64,000 bases of DNA, taken from positions 74,524,001 to 74,588,000 of the forward strand of contig CM068742.1 of the NCBI GenBank assembly GCA_035084275.1. Direction: 5' to 3'. Positions 1-11,939 of the stretch are shown here, in pieces. Source of the stretch: Hydrolagus colliei. Taxonomy: Eukaryota. The stretch's first letter is position 1; each line of letters opens with the position of its first letter. The notes beneath the pieces are model-generated. The model saw only the letters and a list, made by a program, of their open reading frames with translations, did no database searches and had not been told where the DNA came from. Position numbers and translations under genes: made by a program.

Positions 1-309
1 CTCTCTGGTGAATTCCTACTCTGATCCATTGAATCAATCCAGTAATGGCTGCCATTTGATTATCAGGGACTTTTAGCACATTGAGAACATGTTCATGGTG
101 CAGATTTGCTGTGTTCTATGGTCATTTGTCACAGAGGCTTGATTTTTTCTCTCTTTGTCTTGTGATGGCAATTGTTGTTTTTCTGTTGTTTGGGATTTTT
201 ATTTTCTGTTTCCATCGTAGATGAAGTTAAATTGTTAACTCTTATTGCTTTTCTAAACTTTTCCTGGTTTCACACATAGTCCTCTACTTGTAGCTCCAGT
301 AGGGAAGTT

Positions 310-690
310 ACCACCAACAACAACTCGCATTTCTATAATGGTTTCCCATAAGGTAATGTCTTGAAGCACTTCACAGGGAAGTAGTGGCAGAGTCAGGCGA
401 TGTTGCAGAGGTGAGGAAAGGAAGAGGGGTAGAGTTAGTCACCAAGCAAGGCAGTGCAGAGAGGAGGATGAGTGAAAGTGGTGGGAGGGAAGTGGTCATT
501 GGTGTGTTCAATGAGGTAGGATTTGAGGTGGGACTTAAAGACAGAAAGAGGGGAGTGATACGGAATGGTAGACAAGGGAATTTCAAAGCTTATGCATATA
601 GAAACTGAAGGCTTGGCCACCAATGGTGGTAAAGAGAAGATGGAAGACATGCAGCATGCCCGAGTTTAGCTGAGCAGAGGAGTAGGGTAG
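310..690 (-). mobile_element. Degenerate L2-type LINE 3' fragment
   Basis: Starts with a (CAA)n-type tail 'accaacaacaactcgcatttcta'; body resembles the other L2 3' ends in the window (e.g. 22218-22690). Confidence 0.5.
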
Positions 691-1392
691 GAGGAGATAT
701 ACCATATTAGCACCATAATAACATTACATAATGAGCTTGGACTCCTTCATCATCCCTGGTTTAAAATCCTGCATGTCCCTACCTGGCAGCCACAGGAACT
801 GAAGATTTAAAGAGAAGACAATCATTAGTTTCTCATGGCATTTAGGAATGGACAACAAATAATGGCCCTGCCTGTGCTGTCCAGAGAAAGAGTTAAAAGT
901 TAACTGACATTTCTTCTGTTCTGTTAAATTTCTATCATTCTGAGACTGTCAAACACTGTCAGATCAGCTCTCAAACACTACACAGCTGAGGGGATGCTCA
1001 TGGCTTAACAAGTCATTATAACACTCCACATATACATGTTTGACCACAATTTAAATGGTGGTTAAACATCTAAAATATCTGTCAAAAATAAAATTTTCTT
1101 CACAGATGCCAAATGATTCGTTTTATAAGATATAGAAGGCTTCCCATAGCAATGTCCCACTTCTGTAATTCTGTGAGTTGTATACAGAGTAGTAACTAAT
1201 TGAACGAATACATTTGTGATGTCTTCCCCAACACATCAAATAAGGAATTAAATCTAATGTTAATCTGTCTCACTGACACAATGCTTTACTATTAAACATT
1301 GGACAATGTGAAGCAATTTTATAGGTCTATAGATATCTGTTCCCTCTTTGCCAAATGTAAGGATACCATAGTACATGATGTATCAGAGAGCA

Positions 1393-1812
1393 TTATCATA
1401 ACTCATTAGCTGTCACTTCTGAATCAGAAGTTTGTGGGTAGAAGCTCTATCTCAGAACCATGAACTCATTTTATCCAGGCTGACACTCTATTGCAAAGTT
1501 GGAGGAGCATAAATAGCCAGAGGTGCTGACCTTCGGATGAGATGTTAAACTTAGGTGCCGTCAACCTGTCTGGTGAACAGCAATGATCCATGGCACTATT
1601 CAATAGAGGAGGGAGTTTCTTCTGGTATCCTGGTGAACAATCCCCAAAATAAAACTTCATGATTGTGGGACATTACTATGTAGAAATTAGCTGCTGTACT
1701 TGCCTAAAAAATACAGTCACTATACTTTATAGTAAATCCTGGAAAATGCTTTCAGACATATTTCTGACCTGCAAGGTGGTATAGCAAATGCAAGGATTAT
1801 TAGTATTATTAT
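1393..1812 (+). mobile_element. Old Deu-domain SINE (SacSINE1/AmnSINE1-like)
   Basis: Motifs 'cttcggatgagatgttaaac', 'gatccatggcactattc', 'tgtgggacattactatgtagaaattagctgctg' and tail 'aaatgcaaggattattag' resemble the DeuSINE body and tail. Confidence 0.65.
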
Positions 1813-2099
1813 AACTATAATCCAACCTGGCCAACCTTAAAGCTTGGAGCTGCTCGAAGGTCTCCCAATCCAAGCCATTGGGTTCGTCCTTTCATGATTT
1901 TCTATTCAGTCTGATTCAGTTCCATGCTACATCTATCAACACTCAGCCTTCGTGCCCTGTGGTTCAGTTATTGGTTTATAGCTGTAAGACTACGTTCATT
2001 CACTCCGTTTCTTCTTTACCTTTTCTTTCTGTGTCACGGGACTCTGCCTGTTTGGCTCTCCATAATATCTTCAACCGAGGAGAGTATCCCGCAGCATAT

Positions 2100-2760
2100 A
2101 CACAAAATATTCAGGAGATTGGAAAAGAGTAGGCTCAAATGATGAGTGATGGGAAGCCAGTGGAGTCGGACAAGAATGGGGTTATAGGGTCGCGGAGCTT
2201 GGTGCGGGGGAGGACACAGGCTGCAGAGTTCCGGATGATCTGCATCAAATGGAGGGAGGTGTTGGAGAGGCCAAAAAGCAAGTCATTAGTGTAGTCGAGC
2301 CTGGATGTGATGAAGGCATGAATGAGACTTTCAGAAGCCTGAGGGGTAAAGTAGTGGTGGAGTCGGACAATGTTGCAAAGGTGAAGGAGGGCAGAGCAGG
2401 TCATGGCATAAATGTGAGGGAGAAAATAATTTTGAGGATCAAACAAGACACCTAGGTTCCTGATTGGCTTGGTGAAGTGGCATGTGCATCCATGGAGGTT
2501 GATGCTGCCAGTGCCTGAAGTGCAGAGGCACTGGCACAAGCCAATCAGGAGGGCCTCATCTTGTTGACATTCAACTGTAGAAAGTTAGTTCTCATCCAGG
2601 ACTTGAGGTCTGACAGGCAGTCTGTCAGGAGAGCAGTGGTCATGCAACTGAACGTAGAGGCAGAAAGATAGAGTTGGGTGCAATCTTCATACATATGGAA
2701 GTTGACCCCATGTCTGCCGAGGATATCAACAAGGGGGAGCATATAGATGTTGAAAAGGAC
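2100..2760 (-). mobile_element. L2-type LINE ORF2 (RT C-terminal) remnant
   Basis: Minus-strand peptides HGVNFHMYEDCTQLY (decayed YADD motif), NFLQLNVNK, IRNLGVLFD and LIHAFITSRLDYTNDLL are typical L2-clade RT motifs; frame disrupted. Confidence 0.85.
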
Positions 2761-4120
2761 AGAGCTCTTTCATCCCTGAACATTTTGAACTTATCCATGC
2801 ATCCTTCAGTGAATCATCAGGGAAGTATTTTTGTCAATCTCCAATTCTGAAATGAATTTATGCATAGAAGTCCATTAGCACCACAATGTATGAATGCAAC
2901 GATAGGATCAGATTTCTCTTTTTTATGCTCATGCTCTGTCACTCACACTCACTAGTTTGCCTTGTGATAAGTCACGAGATCTAGCTGACAAGAAAAACAA
3001 TATTATTTTGCCAAACCTCCCTGTCCCTATCCCCTGTATTCATTTGTGTGATTCTCTGGCTGTTTGCAGGGATAATATACCTCTTTGAGTGTCAGCAGGC
3101 AATGTCACTCTGTTTGCAAAGGGGGAATAATTGTTAATAAACCATCACATGCACAACATACAGCAAGTGGCATAGGCGGCAGCCTAATGGCCATCTGTAG
3201 GGTCACGTAGCATAATGGTTGCCTTGCCTTCCAAATAAGAGGACTCGGGTTTATTTCCCATGCGGGCCTGAACCTTAGGCAAGCTTCCTTATTCAACACG
3301 CATCAGTTTCCCTATCATTATGTAGCAAGCCAGTTGTAAGTCAATTGGCGGATTGCTTTCGGGGGATAATATCCCTAAATAAAAATTTGGTCACTCAATC
3401 CAGGACTCCAGTATGGGACACGACTATGCGCAATTAACTGCTGCAATCTCCCACAAAAGACACAGTGAGTTCACTTTACAATACAAAATGGAACTAGATT
3501 AGGAACTGTTCCATTTGTTGGTGACTTGTGCCCAGCCTATATGGTGCTTTACACCCCAGAACATTACATTTAAGGTTTGGAGACATAAATAGGAATTGTG
3601 AAGGACAAATTGGTGGAAGAGTCAAAATAACAGCACAAGGTTGAACATCACAGTGATGAATTTAGTTCCCCCAGTACAAACATCTCCTCAGCCTCCAGCG
3701 AGAGACGAGAATATAAATCCAGCTTCCCACTCCACATTGCTCACAGTTGTATAAACCAGACATCAGAGTTGTGCCTGTGATGGGCTGATGACAGGACCTT
3801 TCAGTTTGGATCTAGGTATAGTGTGGTGGGTAAAATAGCAGGGTAGGCACGTCATCATAAACCCACGCCCCCCCCAAAGCATCAGCAGACTGCTTTTCCC
3901 ATCCTTTACATATTTACAGTTCTAATACTACTTACCATCCCACACCTTCATCACCTTTGCACCAAACTAGACCGTATATTAGATGTCAGTTACATTGCTT
4001 AGGCCAAGTATAACAATAAGAGTATTTATAAATGTTTAGATTTACTTACATATTTATTTGAAGGTGAAGTCCATCCGTCTTTCCTTCTGAACAAAGATTT
4101 CTGTAACCAAACTATAAAAA

Positions 4121-4423
4121 TCATTGGTTTTGCTGCCCCGTAGTTTTAAAAGCCATTCCTTTTTGATTCATTTCATTAAATTCAGAATGATAATGGCTTA
4201 TTGTCTGTACAAGCCATGAATGCAAGTTCCATCTCGTCGGTGCAGCTCTAGGCATGCGTCGCTGCACTACTTCATCAAGAAGCCTTGTGCGTTTGGTAGA
4301 TTTGTTGAAAAATGAAGCAAATCCCTCTACTGTTTTAAAAAATATTTTACATTCAGGGATGAGTTTTGCAGATTGAGAAAGTACCAGATTCAACTTGTGA
4401 GTGTAACAGTGTATAAATGTCAC
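4121..4423 (-). pseudogene. hAT transposase fragment (ZMYM1/Tip100-like)
   Basis: FIHCYTHKLNLVL (CxxH motif) ... FF..STKR ... PTRWN; further remnants at ~4620-4850 and ~6485-6650 (ESSCSVNHGNY). Confidence 0.8.
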
Positions 4424-4853
4424 TGCTGGGGCTTTTTATTTTATTTTGGCCTGAACTCTATTTAGTTCTGATGCCATTACAGAGGCTCCATTATAGGTCT
4501 GAGCTACCAGCTTTTGAACGCAGTTGTATTTTTCCAGGGCCCCCAAAACATACTCTAACAAGCTGTTCTGTCACTGCTCACACCATCAAATCCCAGAAAT
4601 GCTTCCTTCACTTCACTGTTCAGCAGGTACCATCATAAAATCATAGAGCCCTGAGCTTTGTTACTAATGTCAGTCAACTCGTCTACTTCAATGGCAACAA
4701 ATGGTGCTTGAGAATTCTCTTCTTTGATGTTATTTCTTATAACTTCCAATTGCTTCAATCAAATCATTTTGTATTCTGTTAGACAGACAAAAAATAGCAA
4801 GGACGACTGCAAATGTGTGGCTAACTTCTCATGGTAGCTAGCAATGAGGTATA

Positions 4854-6484
4854 CAGGTAGACCCCGCTTACCGAATGCCCAGTTACCGAAACTTCACTAT
4901 AACGAGGGTTTCTATTTGTACCACTTCTCTGCTTAACAAAGGCTGCTTTCACTATAACGAATGTTTACACACACTTTAAATCTTGCGGGCTTCTCGTATG
5001 CAGCTTCTCATGCTCAGCTTCTCTCTGGATGCCCCAGCAATGCACACTCAGTCTTTAGCGTGCCTCAATTAAGCAGTGCAGTGCAGCCCCTCCAATATGG
5101 GAGGAGCTTAAGCGGCACAATGCTTTGTGGCTTTAATATTAGTAAGTCGATGTAGGGGGTGGATAGAGAGATAGGGGAGGGGGTAGAGAGGGAGAGGAAG
5201 GGGATAGAGAGGAAGGGGGTTAGTGAGGAGGGGGGATAGAGAGTTAGAGGGGAGGGGGATAGAGAGGTAGAGAGGAGGGGGGATAGAGAAGGGGGGGATA
5301 GAGAGGAGTGTGGAGGGATAGAGAGGAGTGGGGGGGATAGAGAGATTGGGGGGGAGAGGGGGTTGAGAGATAGAGAGGAGGGGGGATAGAGGGATAGGGA
5401 GGAGGGGGCGATAGAGGGATAGGGAGGAGGGGGGATAGAGAGACAGAGAGGAGGGGGGGGATAGAGAGATAGAGAGGAGGGGGGGATAGAGAGATAGAGA
5501 GGAGGGGGGATAGAGAGATAGAGAGGAGGGGGCGATAGAGGGATAGGGAGGAGGGGGGCGATAGAGGGATAGGGGGGATAGAGGGATAGGGAGGAGGGAG
5601 CGACAGAGGGATAGGGAGGAGGGGGCATAGAGAGTTAGGGAGGGGGGGATAGAGAGATAGGGAGGAGGGGGGATAGAGAGATAGGGAGGAGGGGGGTAGA
5701 GAGATAGGGAGGAGGGGGGTAGAGAGATAGGGAGGAGGGGGGTAGAGAGATAGGGAGGAAGGGGGTAGAGAGATAGGGAGGAGGGGGGTAGAGAGATAGG
5801 GAGGAGGGGGGTAGAGAGATAAGGAGGAAGGGGGTAGAGAGATAGGGAGGAGGGGGGTAGAGAGATAGGGAGGAGGGGGGATAGAGAGACAGGGAGGAGT
5901 GGGGGGTAGAGGGATAGAGAGAAAGAGTGGGGGATAGAGAGAAAGAGGTGGGGGAATAGAAGGATAGAGAGAAGGGGGGATAGAGGGATAGAGAGAAAGA
6001 GGGGGGGGTGATAGAGGGATAGAGAGAAAGAGGGGGGAATAGAGAGAAAGAGGGGGGTAAAGAGAAAGAGAGGGGTAGAGAGAAAGAGGTGGGTAGAGAG
6101 AAAGATGGGGGGTAGAGTGAAAGAGGAGGGGGTGTGGAATAGAGGGAAAGAGAGGAGGGGGAGGAAGAAAGAAGCGCGTCACGTGTCCTGAAACACCTTG
6201 GACCAGGTTGCGATATTTTGCTGCGGTGACTGTGAAGATCTGGCCTGGAGCAGGTAGGATTGGCGTTTTTATTCCTGCCATTTTTGTCACATTCCAGATT
6301 CCAGACTTTTGACTGCTCAACCTGTACACCGAAACTGTTAGCGCTAGAAACTAAACTGATTTTAGCGGGGAGGCTCGGGTCGGGGCGGCGTTTTGGCTGC
6401 GGCCAAATATGGTAATACAGTTAAACTCTCGCTTAACCAAGGATTTTAAAGTTCCTAACCCCTTCGTTAAGTGGGGTCTACCTA
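4854..6484. mobile_element. Tigger/pogo-like non-autonomous element (family A) inserted in the hAT transposase
   Basis: TIRs caggtagaccccgcttaccgaa / ttcgttaagtggggtctacct; TA at 4852-4853; hAT coding remnant resumes on both sides. Confidence 0.8.
5155..6172. repeat. GA-rich minisatellite (unit ~ gggggatagagagatagggagga)
   Basis: ~1 kb of near-homopurine degenerate tandem units; source of the Pro/Ser/Leu ORFs 5065-5628 and 5244-6329. Confidence 0.95.
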
Positions 6485-6760
6485 ATTGCCATGATTAACA
6501 GAACAGCTACTCTCATTATTACTGTGAAAGGCAAGCTCCTGTCTGATTAGATAGCAAGTGGCATCTGTCAGCCTTTTCAAAGTGTCGCGGTTTTCTTTGA
6601 CATTTTTATTGTGCTGTTCAGTATGGATCTTTTGCTGTTCATTTAGAGCCAAATCTATTCACATATTTCCAAAGGTTTTCAGTGCTATCTGGCTTTGGAT
6701 GTGAGAGACAGATTTCTCAGAGAGCAGTTGGCAGGTTGTTAACGTCACTGTATTGCTATA

Positions 6761-7275
6761 CTGGGACCTCAATTAACGTCGGGGAGGTGTACTTGAAAAG
6801 TGTAACTTTAATTGAAACGACGTATAGTGAAACCTGAATGACTATAGGCCCTAATGGTATAAATAGGGGTTACATTCCTTCGGTACATTTCTGGTCTAAC
6901 TTTTCTTAAACTAATATTAAATATAGACCAAGGACAATATTAGTAGTATTGAAAACTAGAATAAATGTTTAATAAATATAAAAATAAGATAATAAATACA
7001 ATTAAGAGAACACTTACTGGAGATGGTTGATGTGGTCAGTGGGTGGAGTGGCGGGAGGGGTGGAGTCATTCAGATGAAGGCGTGGGATTACCAGAGAGGC
7101 CCCTCTCTCCCTCACGCCGCGTCACCAAACAGTTGATTGCTGTCACGTGTTTGTGCCTTCCTACATTTTTTTCTAAAGTTGTCGAAATGTACGAAGGAGC
7201 AAACACATGCAAGCGATCAGCTGTTTGGGGATCCGTCGTGATGAAGGGAGGGAGGGGCCTCTGGTAATCTCTGCC
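6761..7275. mobile_element. Tigger-like MITE (family B), truncated, internally palindromic
   Basis: TA|ctgggacctcaattaacgt start matches the 9971 copy; internal inverted arms ~7080-7165 vs ~7195-7270. Confidence 0.65.
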
Positions 7276-7774
7276 GACTGACTTCACCGGCTGGCTGCTG
7301 GGTCAGGAGGCCCGCGGCCAGTGGGTGGAGCCGACCGACCGACCGACTGACTCTGGGCAAGTCCAAACAACTTCACTCTCTCAACTCAAACTATTGTAAC
7401 AGAAATGATTAAATCTCATTTTACAGTGCCTATTACAGTGGAAAACCTCAATGACTGTGTTCCTACATTCCGTGCTCACCAACTCTATCATCAACCCGTT
7501 CTGTGAGCTCCACATTAATCTCCCTTGTCCTGTCCTGATCAAACCTCAGCCTCTGTTCCTAACAACTTCCCATCTTGGCCTACGATGTGATCCAGAGATT
7601 GGCTCATATGTGTTCGGATGTCAGACATTCTGCATGAAGTCCACATCATGTTGCCAAACCTCTGGAGTGTAGAAAAATGCCAAAGAGTGAGAAAAAGTGT
7701 AATAGCTTTAGTTGCCACTGTAAGGTTTCCACTATTCACTTACCTGATGTTCCACGTATCCCCAGGTGCTAGAG

Positions 7775-8147
7775 CAGTGGTTCTCAACCTTTTTTGTGCT
7801 GTGACCCAAATTAACCACCAGCAGGTCCTCGCGACCCAAGCTTTTTTTTACTGCGACCCAAATTAGCCTCCAAAAGATCCTCCCACCCCTAGGGGGCGAT
7901 ATCACAACTGAAGCTTAGCTCAGCCAAAATGTTGTCTCTGTCTCTTTTGTGGACTAAGCACAACTCGTAATTACGCTCTTTATACAAATTGGTGGGCAGT
8001 GTCGCCTTGGGCGCCTTTTTTAGTGTTATAAAAGCATTTTCAACATTAAAAAAAAGCAACAACAAAAAATTCTGATGATCCTTCATGACCCTATTGAGGA
8101 CCCTCGTGACCCTGATTTTGGTCGGGATCCAAGGTTGGGAACCACTG
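7775..8147. mobile_element. hAT-Charlie-like MITE (family C)
   Basis: TIR cagtggttctcaacct / aggttgggaaccactg; 8-bp TSD tgctagag / tgctagat. Confidence 0.9.
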
Positions 8148-9128
8148 TGCTAGATACTCAGCGAAAGAAAAATGGTGTGAGTTTCAGTCATCAATGTACT
8201 GTTCCAACCAGCACAGACTTGCCTTCGGTTGACAGCTGAGGTGAAGCCCAGAAGTGAACAAGGTTGCAGGCATGGACAGGCTACAGGTCAACTTCTGAAT
8301 AACTGAGGAGATCCCAGCCAAGCAAGAACCAACAGAAAGGAGCCTCCTCATCAAACCTGCAAATGATGAAACTTAATGAGAAAAATCATCCATAAATACA
8401 ACAAATTGTATCAGTCAAATCATCAACAACAAATTGTATCAGTCAAATCATCAACAACGATTGATCCCACAAGGCTCCCATTACCCAAGGTTCAGATTAT
8501 TTCCCTTCACCACCACAGAGAAACACCATTGCATGTGATTTACAGTCCACCCAAAGGACAATTGCAGACTTTCAGCCCTGAACTGACTCAACCACCCACT
8601 CAAGGCAAGGGCCAGAACCAACCCAGCCAAATTAACAATTCAGTCAACAACCCCAACCATAATCTCATGACGTGAAAGGTGCTATATAAATGTAAGTTTT
8701 GATTGATTGATTGATATTGATCTCCACCTAAACCGCCTTGACCACTGCACTAACCCAGTCTGTACAGGAACCGACTCGTGGCAGCCACACTGACCCAGGC
8801 TCAGCAGAGACCGACTTTCGGCAGCTACACATTGCTGGTCGCTAGCAAACCAGCCATGCAAACAGCTCTGACCTGGCCCTGGCGGCGACTGATCTGAGGG
8901 AACTGCACTGAGCCAGGCCTGACAGACTCTATCCCTCCACAACTGCCCGCGACCAACCTCGGCAAACAGACACCGACTCTGCCCCTGTACTGAAAAAACT
9001 AATGCTTGACCATTGGCCCCGACAGAAACTGACTCTCAAACACCAAACTGAGCCAACATTCGCAGACACCACCTCTGGGCAAATAAACTCAACCAACCTT
9101 CACACACCTTCACTACATTCTCCAAGTA

Positions 9129-9672
9129 TAGGTAGACCCTGAAGGGGTTAGGGACTTTAAAACCCTTCGTTAAACGAAAATTTTGTTAAGCGAGAGTTTA
9201 ACTGAACAGGTAGACCCCACCTTACCTAACGCCCGGTTACCGAAACTTCACTACAACGAGGGTTTCTATTTGTACCACTTCTCCGCTTAACAAAGGCTGC
9301 TTTCGCTATAACGAATGTTGACACACACTTTAAATCTTGCTGGCTTCTCGTGCGCAGCTTCTCATGCACAGCTTCTCTCTGGTTGCCACAGCAACTCACA
9401 CTCAGTCTTTTGCGTGCCTCAGTTAAGCAGTGCAGTTAAGCAGTCCCCTTCTCCCCTCTATCCCCCCCCCCCCCCCCTCCCTCTCTATTCCCACCCCTAT
9501 CTCTCTATCCCCCCCTCCTCTCTATCTCTCTATTCTCCCCCCCATCTTGACTTAAGCCACGAAGCATCCTGCCGCTTAAGCTTATCCCATATGGGAGGGT
9601 CTGCACTGCTTAACTGAGGCACACTAAAAATTGGGTGTGCGTTGCTGGGGCAACCAGAGAGAAGCTGCGCGA
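9129..9672. mobile_element. Second, rearranged copy of Tigger-like family A
   Basis: 9207 onward matches 4854-5090; 9129-9204 is an inverted copy of the 6418-6484 terminus; short CT-rich tract at ~9444-9545. Confidence 0.75.
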
Positions 9673-9968
9673 GAGGTCAGACTGCAAGTTGGAAGGAGAG
9701 ATAAAATGGCATGAAAGTGCTAAGTCATGGTTATATTTTCTGACAGAACGGAGGTGTTCGGCAAATCTGCATGTGGTCTCCCCAATGTAGAGGAGACCAC
9801 ATCGTGAGCAGCAGATGCAACATACTGCATTGGTGGTAGGTATTGCATTTCCTGCGCTGGCATGGGAAGGTGCCGGGGGAAGGGGAGTGGCAGGTGGTTT
9901 TGATGGAGGAATCAACCAGGTATTCTCGGAGGGAACAGTCCTTTATGAATGCTGGGAGGGGAGGGGAA
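9673..9968 (-). mobile_element. Penelope-like retroelement, GIY-YIG endonuclease fragment
   Basis: Peptide NAVCCICCSRCGLLYIGETTCRFAEHLRSV...CHF (CxxC, YIGET, RFxEH motifs). Confidence 0.85.
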
Positions 9969-9970
9969 TA

Positions 9971-11255
9971 CTGGACTCCTCAATTAACGTGGGGGATGTG
10001 TTCTTGAAAAGTGCGACTTTAATAGAAACAACGTTAATGATAGACCCTAATGATACATTTCCAGTCTAAATTTTAAACTAATATTAAATAAAGACCAAAA
10101 ACAACACTACAGCAGCCCCCGCTTTATAGCAGGACAGCTCAGGAGACGATTAAATGTCCCGTTTAAGCGAGGTTCCCGTTTAGGCGATGCCAAGCAGCAG
10201 ACGCATTATTCACCCAACACAAAGCTCAGTACTTGGGCACATGCATTCTATACACACCAGAATCATAACACAACACGAACAAACACGGGTAAAGTACACA
10301 CGGAAATCACGAAAGAATCAACAATGTTATTTTTTCGGTATAAAAAAACAACCCTACTGTTATTCCTTCTTGAAAGCAATACATTTTGATGAGAAAAAGG
10401 CATAACAATTAATCATTACTGCTACTTTGGCTACGTAACCAATGCATCGAAGATAAGTACAAGTTACAGTGTAGCACATGCACACATGACGATCGAACCT
10501 ACGTACAATACAATGAATTGAATGGAACTTTTTGGGTGTGTAACTTCTTAGTTTGGTAACAAATTTGTTTGTAACAAACAAGAATTTCAACAATAAATGA
10601 AATAAATGAAGAAAGAAAGAGATGGGAGGGGGGGCATGAAGCATGTGTTCTGACGCATGTGTTCTGAAATATCCAACAATTATTGTAGATCTACACTCTG
10701 TTTAAAAAAATACATCATGTATTGAACAAGGGTAGAACTGAAAATCTGTGTTGACAAAAAATGTCCCGTCAAAGCGATGTGCAGTCTCGCTTATCCGATG
10801 CAAATAACACGCATAAAAACAGTCACAAGCTGTTTCGTCCCAATTAAGCTATGATCCCGCTTAAGCAGTTCCCGATTACGCGGTGGCGCCTGTACTTGTA
10901 TTGAAAATTGAAATAAATGTTTAATATATATATAAATAGGAGCAAACACACGCCAGCGATCAGCTGTTTGGTGACGCGGTGTGAGGGAGAGAAGGGTCTC
11001 TGGTAATCCCACCCCTTCATCTGAATGACTCTGCCCCCTCCCACCCACTGACCACATCAACCATCTCCAGTAACTGTTCTCTTAATTGTATTGAGTATCT
11101 TATTTATACATTTACTAAACAACTGATAATAAATGTAATCAGCTAATATCCCTTCAATTAATCCAATTTTCTAAATTTTCTTCTAACTATTTATTAATCA
11201 ACAACGTATAATTGAAACAATGTATATCGGGACGACGTATAGCAAGGAGTTCCAT
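9971..11255. mobile_element. Tigger-like MITE (family B), interrupted by a family D element
   Basis: TA|ctggactcctcaattaacgt ... acgtatagcaaggagttcca; 10940-11120 is the reverse complement of ~6970-7165. Confidence 0.7.
10110..10892. mobile_element. Tigger-like MITE (family D)
   Basis: TA|cagcagcccccgc ... gcggtggcgcctg|TA; ends closely match the 14152-15187 copy. Confidence 0.8.
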
Positions 11256-11939
11256 TAAGTTGTTTCAATTCAAGTCGCACTTTTCAAGAACACTTTTCAA
11301 GAACACAGGGAGGGAAGGGGGAAAAGTGGGAGAGAAAAGGGGAGCCCAGGAGTGGGGTTTTTTGCTGCGACCCAAATTAACCACCAGCAGAGGGTGATAT
11401 CGCGATTGACGCTCAGCGCAGCTAAAACATTATCTCCATCTTTTGTGCAACTTGGCGCTGAGTCCACAAAAGCGCAACACGGCATCTCGCTGCCTTTCTG
11501 TTGCTTTTAAGATAGGCATATAAAATTGCAGTTAAATAATTTTGGTAGTTTGTACTAAAAATCATTTGCATTATGTAAAATGTGCATTGTAAAAATATAA
11601 ACCATTAAATATTCATCTACAATTTAAAGTTTTTATTTTCATAAGGTAGGCACTGCCTACCCTGACTGTATGTCCATGGTATAGCGATAGGCAACAATGT
11701 CCTTTTGACTATTAAACTTTCCTACCTACCAAAAACTCTTCTGACTGCACTAATCCAGACTTGAGTGCTGCTGCCAGTGTTTATCAGGAACATAATTCTT
11801 TGCAGTTGAAATGTTTCTGAGCAACCAAACTATCCCGAACGCTCATATGACAAATCATTGAATTCGAAGATTTGTATCTCTTGTGCTCTACATTTCATTG
11901 CAGTTAATCCAATGCTGGTTTTAGACCTTTAAAGTCTAA

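Larger units (their letters stand above)
3824..11678 (-). mobile_element. hAT (Tip100/Zaphod-like) DNA transposon, decayed and expanded by nested insertions
   Basis: 8-bp TSD gtatagtg (3816-3823) / gtatagcg (11679-11686); both termini share inverted 'cagggtaggca' ~15 nt from the end; transposase remnants inside. Confidence 0.65.

Noticed and set aside
5065-6329. Long Pro/Ser/Leu-rich ORFs (187 and 361 aa)
   Set aside because: Translations of the GA-rich minisatellite inside a MITE; stop-poor by composition
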